DNA of 39,079 nucleotides from a virus: IMG/VR virus record IMGVR_UViG_3300045988_151092; one strand, 5' to 3'. Shown piece by piece: positions 35,087 to 39,079 of this stretch (position 1 is its first letter; each line of letters starts with the position of its first letter). The notes under the pieces were generated by a model. It saw only the letters and a program-made list of their open reading frames with translations, ran no database searches and was not told where the DNA came from. The position numbers and the translations under genes were made by a program.

Positions 35087-35099
35087 AAGGGAGATTAAA

Positions 35100-35396
35100 A
35101 TGTTTAGTAAAGAAGAAATGTTAAAAAAAGCAAAAGAGGATAAAGAACATGAAAATAGCATGACTATTTTCTACAGTAAGTTTACAGGGAAAATAATAGA
35201 GGTTGCAGGTGGAGTACAAGACTTTAACTATTTTATACAAGATAGGCAAGATAAAGAAAGTTATTGTTTAAGAGCTATTTATCCTAGAAATATGGATATA
35301 TTTTTTAACATTCATAATTATTCAGTTAATTTAGAAACTAAAAAATTAATATATACACCTGTTACAAATATAGATTTAGAACCAATTTCAGAGTAA
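35100..35396 (+). CDS. Hypothetical protein
   Basis: RBS GAAGGGAG. Lies between the fibre and holin genes. Confidence 0.55.
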   Translation: MFSKEEMLKKAKEDKEHENSMTIFYSKFTGKIIEVAGGVQDFNYFIQDRQDKESYCLRAIYPRNMDIFFNIHNYSVNLETKKLIYTPVTNIDLEPISE

Positions 35397-35413
35397 GGAA
35401 GGACAAAAGAGTA

Positions 35414-35830
35414 ATGGAAAATATATTTAATTATTTAAAGATAGGTATTGTAGCAATAGGAACTTTATTTACATGGCTATTAGGAGCATGGGACACCCCT
35501 TTAGTTATACTTATAGTCTTAATGGCTTTAGATTATATTACTGGCATTACTAAAGGCTATGTTAATAAAGATTTAAGCAGCAATATAGGACTTAAAGGAA
35601 TAGCAAGAAAGGGAGTTATTTTCACTATTCTTATAGTAGCTGTAATGTTAGACAGACTTTTAAATACAGGGAATTGGATATTTAGAACTTTGGTATGCTA
35701 TTTTTACATAGCCAATGAAGGCATAAGCATTATAGAAAATGCAAGTGAATTAGGTGTACCAGTACCAAGTAAATTAAAAAATGCATTAATACAACTTAAA
35801 GAAGATAAAGAGGATCATAAGAAATTATGA
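35414..35830 (+). CDS. Holin (phage_holin_4 / TcdE-like family)
   Basis: Shows three hydrophobic segments, the ALDYITGITKGY motif and a charged C-terminus. It lies directly before the endolysin. Confidence 0.85.
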   Translation: MENIFNYLKIGIVAIGTLFTWLLGAWDTPLVILIVLMALDYITGITKGYVNKDLSSNIGLKGIARKGVIFTILIVAVMLDRLLNTGNWIFRTLVCYFYIANEGISIIENASELGVPVPSKLKNALIQLKEDKEDHKKL

Positions 35831-35871
35831 TTCTTTTTTTATAAATAAAATTAAGAAAGAAGGAATTAATA

Positions 35872-36900
35872 ATGCAAAGTAGAAACAATAATAATTTAAA
35901 AGGAATTGATGTATCAAACTGGAAAGGAAATATAAATTTTCAAAGTGTAAAAAATGATGGTGTAGAAGTAGTTTATATTAAAGCTACAGAAGGTAATTAA
36001 TTTAAGGATAAATATGCTAAACAAAATTATGAGAGAGCGAAAGAGCAAGGATTAAAAGTAGGATTTTATCATTTCTTTAGAGCTAATAAAGGAGCCAAGG
36101 ATCAAGCTAATTTCTTCATAAATTATTTAAATGAAATAGGAGCTGTTAATTATGATTGTAAATTAGCTTTAGATATAGAAACTACTGAAGGGGTAGGAGC
36201 AAGAGATTTAACTTCTATGTGTATAGAATTCTTAGAAGAGGTAAAAAGACTTACTGGAAAAGAAGTTGTTGTATATACATATACAAGCTTTGCAAATAAT
36301 AATTTAGATAGTAGATTATCCAATTATCCAGTTTGGATAGCTCATTATGGTGTAAACACTCCTGGAGCTAACAATATATGGAGTGAATGGGTTGGATTCC
36401 AATATTCAGAGAATGGAAATGTAGCTGGTGTAAGTGGTGGATGTGATATGAATGAGTTTACTAATGGAATATTCATTGATTCAAATAATTTTACTTTAGA
36501 TAATGCTACTACTAAAAATGTAAGCACTAAATTAAATATAAGAGCTAAAGGAACTACTAATTCTAAAGTAATTGGCTCAATATCAGCTGGCGAAACATTT
36601 AAAATAAAATGGGTAGATGAAGATTATCTTGGTTGGTATTACGTTGAGTATAATGGAATAGTTGGTTATGTAAATGCAGATTATGTAGAAAAGCTACAAA
36701 TGGCTACTACTCATAATGTAAGTACTTTTTTAAATGTAAGAGAAGAAGGATCATTGAATTCTAGAATAGTAGATAAGATAAATGCAGGTGATATTTTTAG
36801 AATAGATTGGGTGGATTCCGATTTCATAGGTTGGTATAGAGTAACAACTAAAAATGGAAAGGTTGGATTTGTTAATGCTGAATTTGTTAAGAAACTTTAA
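35872..36900 (+). pseudogene. GH25 muramidase + 2x SH3 endolysin interrupted by one in-frame TAA (35998-36000, codon 43)
   Basis: [74 protein letters not shown]... continues in the same frame into the tracked ORF 36217-36900. Confidence 0.85.
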
Positions 36901-36907
36901 TTTTATA

Positions 36908-36938
36908 GTTAGATAGATTAATTTCTATCTAGCTTTTT
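36908..36938 (+). terminator. Intrinsic terminator after the lysis cassette
   Basis: The hairpin gttagataga-ttaatt-tctatctagc is followed by ttttt. Confidence 0.75.
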
Positions 36939-37284
36939 CATATTATTAAAATAAAAAAGCTACACTTAAATATGTAGCTAAAAAGGAGTGCGATACGTTA
37001 TCGCGATATCATTAAAAAAGAAAAATCTATCTTAATTATAGACATTATTTTAAATTATATACATAATGGTTTGGAAGAAGAGTTAATTTAAATATTATTT
37101 TGGTGAAATAATATTTTTTTATATTTGTATAAGAACATAAAGCTTGTATGATTTATGAGTAGAGTAAAATAAAAAAATACCAAGAATGTATTGAATTTTT
37201 ATTTTGTCAAGTAATTTTATTCACTTTTAATTTAAAATAATATATAATTAATATAAATATTGTTTTAGAAAGTAGGTGTGCTAG

Positions 37285-37710
37285 ATGTATGCAGCAATGG
37301 ATATAGCTAAATATATTATAAATAAATGTATAGAACTTAATAGACCTATTAGCAATTTACAATTACAAAAAATATTATATTATGTTCAAGGCGGATATAT
37401 TAAAGCAACAAAGGGAGATAAATTGTTTGATGAAGATTTAGAAGCATGGGCATATGGACCAGTGGTTCCAGGTGTATATTATAAATTTAATAAATACTCA
37501 TCAAGTAATATAAATTCAGAATATGATAGTCCCTATTTAAATGAAAAAATTAGAGAAATAGTAGATCCTATAATAGAAGAAAAAAGTTTATTAAGTGCAT
37601 GGAATCTAGTTGAAAAAACTCATAAAGAAACACCATGGATAAGAAGTTATGAAGAAGGAAAAAACAACAAAATAAGTTTAGAGAAAATGCAAGATTTTTT
37701 TTGTAGTTAG
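37285..37710 (+). CDS. Panacea-domain (DUF4065, SocA/GepA-like) protein, putative antitoxin
   Basis: Shows ISNLQLQKILYYVQGGYIKATKGDKLFDEDLEAWAYGPVVPGVYYKFNKY, the characteristic DUF4065 pattern. Confidence 0.75.
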   Translation: MYAAMDIAKYIINKCIELNRPISNLQLQKILYYVQGGYIKATKGDKLFDEDLEAWAYGPVVPGVYYKFNKYSSSNINSEYDSPYLNEKIREIVDPIIEEKSLLSAWNLVEKTHKETPWIRSYEEGKNNKISLEKMQDFFCS

Positions 37711-37727
37711 ATTAAGAGGTATTTGGT

Positions 37728-38753
37728 TTGGATAAAGATTTAGAATTAACAAATGTAATTTCTGAATTAGCGAAAGTTTCTGATTTGGATGATAAATCTT
37801 TAAAATTTTATATAGAAAAATTTGAGCAAATTTATTCTTGTAAATACAGACATGAATATTCAGAAGTTACTAAAGTACTATTTTCAATTAAAAATGATGA
37901 AGCAAGAGATTTTTTACCTAGTAAAATTAAGGATATAGGAAATTCTATAGAAAATAAAGATATTAAGAAAAGAGTATTAAAGCTTTGGGATCATATAAAC
38001 TTAGAAAATATAAGATTACAAAAGTTAAAGGAAATTTCAGAAGAGGCAAATAGTGCATTTACAGAAGTAAATGCTATAAAGAAAAAATACTCTGATTTAG
38101 ATAAACAGTGGAAAGAAATAAGTGAACAGGCTAAGTTAGTAGATGAAAAATTACAAAGAATGGATAAAGATATTGATAATAGTACATCTAAATCAATAAC
38201 TATATTGGGAATTTTTGCTGGTATAGTTATGGCTTTTACTGGTGGAATATCATTTATTGCTAGTTCATTACAAAATATGCATCAAGTAAGTGTTTATAGA
38301 ATAGTCTTAGTTATTATACTACTTGCAACTTCTATGTTCGATATTGTATTTATGTTGATGTATATGATTGGAAAATTCACCAATTCATATATTGGTGGTA
38401 AATGTAATTGCGATTCTAAAATTCAAGGATGTAAGGATAAAAAAATTAGGTGTGTAGTAGTTAGATATCCTATTTTAATATGGTTTAATATGATAAGTGC
38501 TGTATGTATTCTTACTTTATCAATATTTTATTGTATTGATAGATTTAATATAATTACTAAGCTTTTAGATAAAAATATTTATATTGCTATACTTAGTATG
38601 ACAATCTTATTAATTGTATATATTGCTTTAATTAGCTTTGGATTTATAAAGATAGCTAAGATAGATTGTGAATATGAATATGTTGAACCAATGGTGAATA
38701 CAATTGGAAAACTTTTTAGTAGTCTTGGTGGTAGATACGTAAAAAAAGATTAG
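37728..38753 (+). CDS. Coiled-coil + 4-TM membrane protein, putative cognate toxin/effector
   Basis: TTG start 17 nt after the upstream stop, with an AAGAGG RBS. The N-terminal 155 aa are charged coiled coil. Four hydrophobic helices follow, plus a Cys cluster GGKCNCDSKIQGCKDKKIRC. Confidence 0.65.
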   Translation: MDKDLELTNVISELAKVSDLDDKSLKFYIEKFEQIYSCKYRHEYSEVTKVLFSIKNDEARDFLPSKIKDIGNSIENKDIKKRVLKLWDHINLENIRLQKLKEISEEANSAFTEVNAIKKKYSDLDKQWKEISEQAKLVDEKLQRMDKDIDNSTSKSITILGIFAGIVMAFTGGISFIASSLQNMHQVSVYRIVLVIILLATSMFDIVFMLMYMIGKFTNSYIGGKCNCDSKIQGCKDKKIRCVVVRYPILIWFNMISAVCILTLSIFYCIDRFNIITKLLDKNIYIAILSMTILLIVYIALISFGFIKIAKIDCEYEYVEPMVNTIGKLFSSLGGRYVKKD

Positions 38754-38773
38754 TTTATACTAATCTTTTTTTT
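38745..38773 (+). terminator. Intrinsic terminator overlapping the stop of the membrane-protein gene
   Basis: The hairpin aaagattagt-ttat-actaatcttt is followed by a T-run. Confidence 0.75.
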
Positions 38774-39019
38774 ATTATACAAAGACTAATAAAGATTGAT
38801 TACTTTAATTTAAAATAATTATATTAAAAAAATAAATATAGTTAAAAAACAAAACAACAAACTTTTATAACTGTTTAAAGATAGAATGAATTTGATGAAA
38901 ATTAGTTGTAAATATAAATAAAATTAAAAGAATGAGAGTTTTTAGAGTTTATTAATATTATATATTTAAAATGTTTTATTGTATAATTATAAATGATTTG
39001 ATTTTAAGAGGTGAGGATT

Positions 39020-39079
39020 ATGGCAAAAGATAAGAAGCTTAAGACAAATGCTATGAGAATATTGGATTCTAAAAAGGTT
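39020..39079 (+). CDS. ybaK: 5' start of the same ybaK-like gene (MAKDKKLKTNAMRILDSKKV), continuing at base 56 once the ends are joined
   Basis: ATG at 39020 is preceded by the GAGGTGAGG RBS at 39009-39017 and an AT-rich promoter region. The sequence overlaps the terminal repeat. Confidence 0.75.
   Translation, partial: MAKDKKLKTNAMRILDSKKV
39025..39079. repeat. Terminal direct repeat, copy 2
   Basis: Identical to 1-55. It lies inside the 5' coding part of the ybaK-like gene. Confidence 0.95.

Noticed and set aside
36217-36900. The tracked 227-aa ORF read as an independent gene
   Set aside because: It is in the same frame as the GH25 N-terminus starting at 35872, and is simply the part of the endolysin downstream of the in-frame TAA. 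ORF 36345-36527(-) is its antisense shadow.
1-39079. The terminal repeats read as attL/attR of a prophage integrated into ybaK
   Set aside because: The orientation is wrong. The left end carries the 3' part of ybaK and the right end carries its promoter and 5' part. Both are contiguous with phage genes and no other host DNA is present. Serine integrases also do not generate 55-bp duplications.
1-39079. Search for CRISPR arrays, reverse transcriptases (retron/DGR), rRNA genes, IS elements and partition genes
   Set aside because: No spaced identical repeats, no RT motif-bearing ORF, no transposase and no ParA/ParB-like ORF were seen on either strand.

Overview
This window is an AT-rich, Clostridium-type temperate siphovirus genome that looks complete and circularly closed. 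From memory, and unverified, the layout and endolysin recall C. perfringens phiSM101-like phages. Bases 1-55 are identical to 39025-39079, so the unique unit is 39,024 bp. A complete ybaK-like gene runs across that junction, and no host flank is visible.

Gene order:
- ybaK-like deacylase.
- Large serine recombinase, ImmA-like protein and XRE repressor, all on the minus strand.
- Cro-like protein, antirepressor, small early genes, Erf annealase, DUF1351-like protein, a replisome organizer with internal iterons, and a frameshifted RusA.
- Two orphan moron cassettes with paralogous control signals.
- An ArpU/RinA-like late regulator.
- A 2.6-kb insertion holding phased TATACCC repeats, two non-canonical tRNA-like elements, and a NACHT/STAND NTPase with its own promoter and terminator.
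- TerS, TerL, portal, and a MuF/gp7-like head protein split by a group I intron that carries an HNH endonuclease.
- A self-contained two-gene moron.
- Scaffold, capsid, connectors, tail tube, chaperone pair (+1 frame relation), tape measure, and a 1701-aa modular fibre.
- Holin, and a GH25-SH3 endolysin interrupted by one in-frame TAA.
- A Panacea (DUF4065) protein followed by a coiled-coil 4-TM protein.

The best candidates for undescribed biology are the tRNA-like/NACHT island at the ArpU-TerS junction, the twin morons at 9.3-11.1 kb, and the Panacea-membrane protein pair. All functional calls come from reading motifs by eye. No database search was run.
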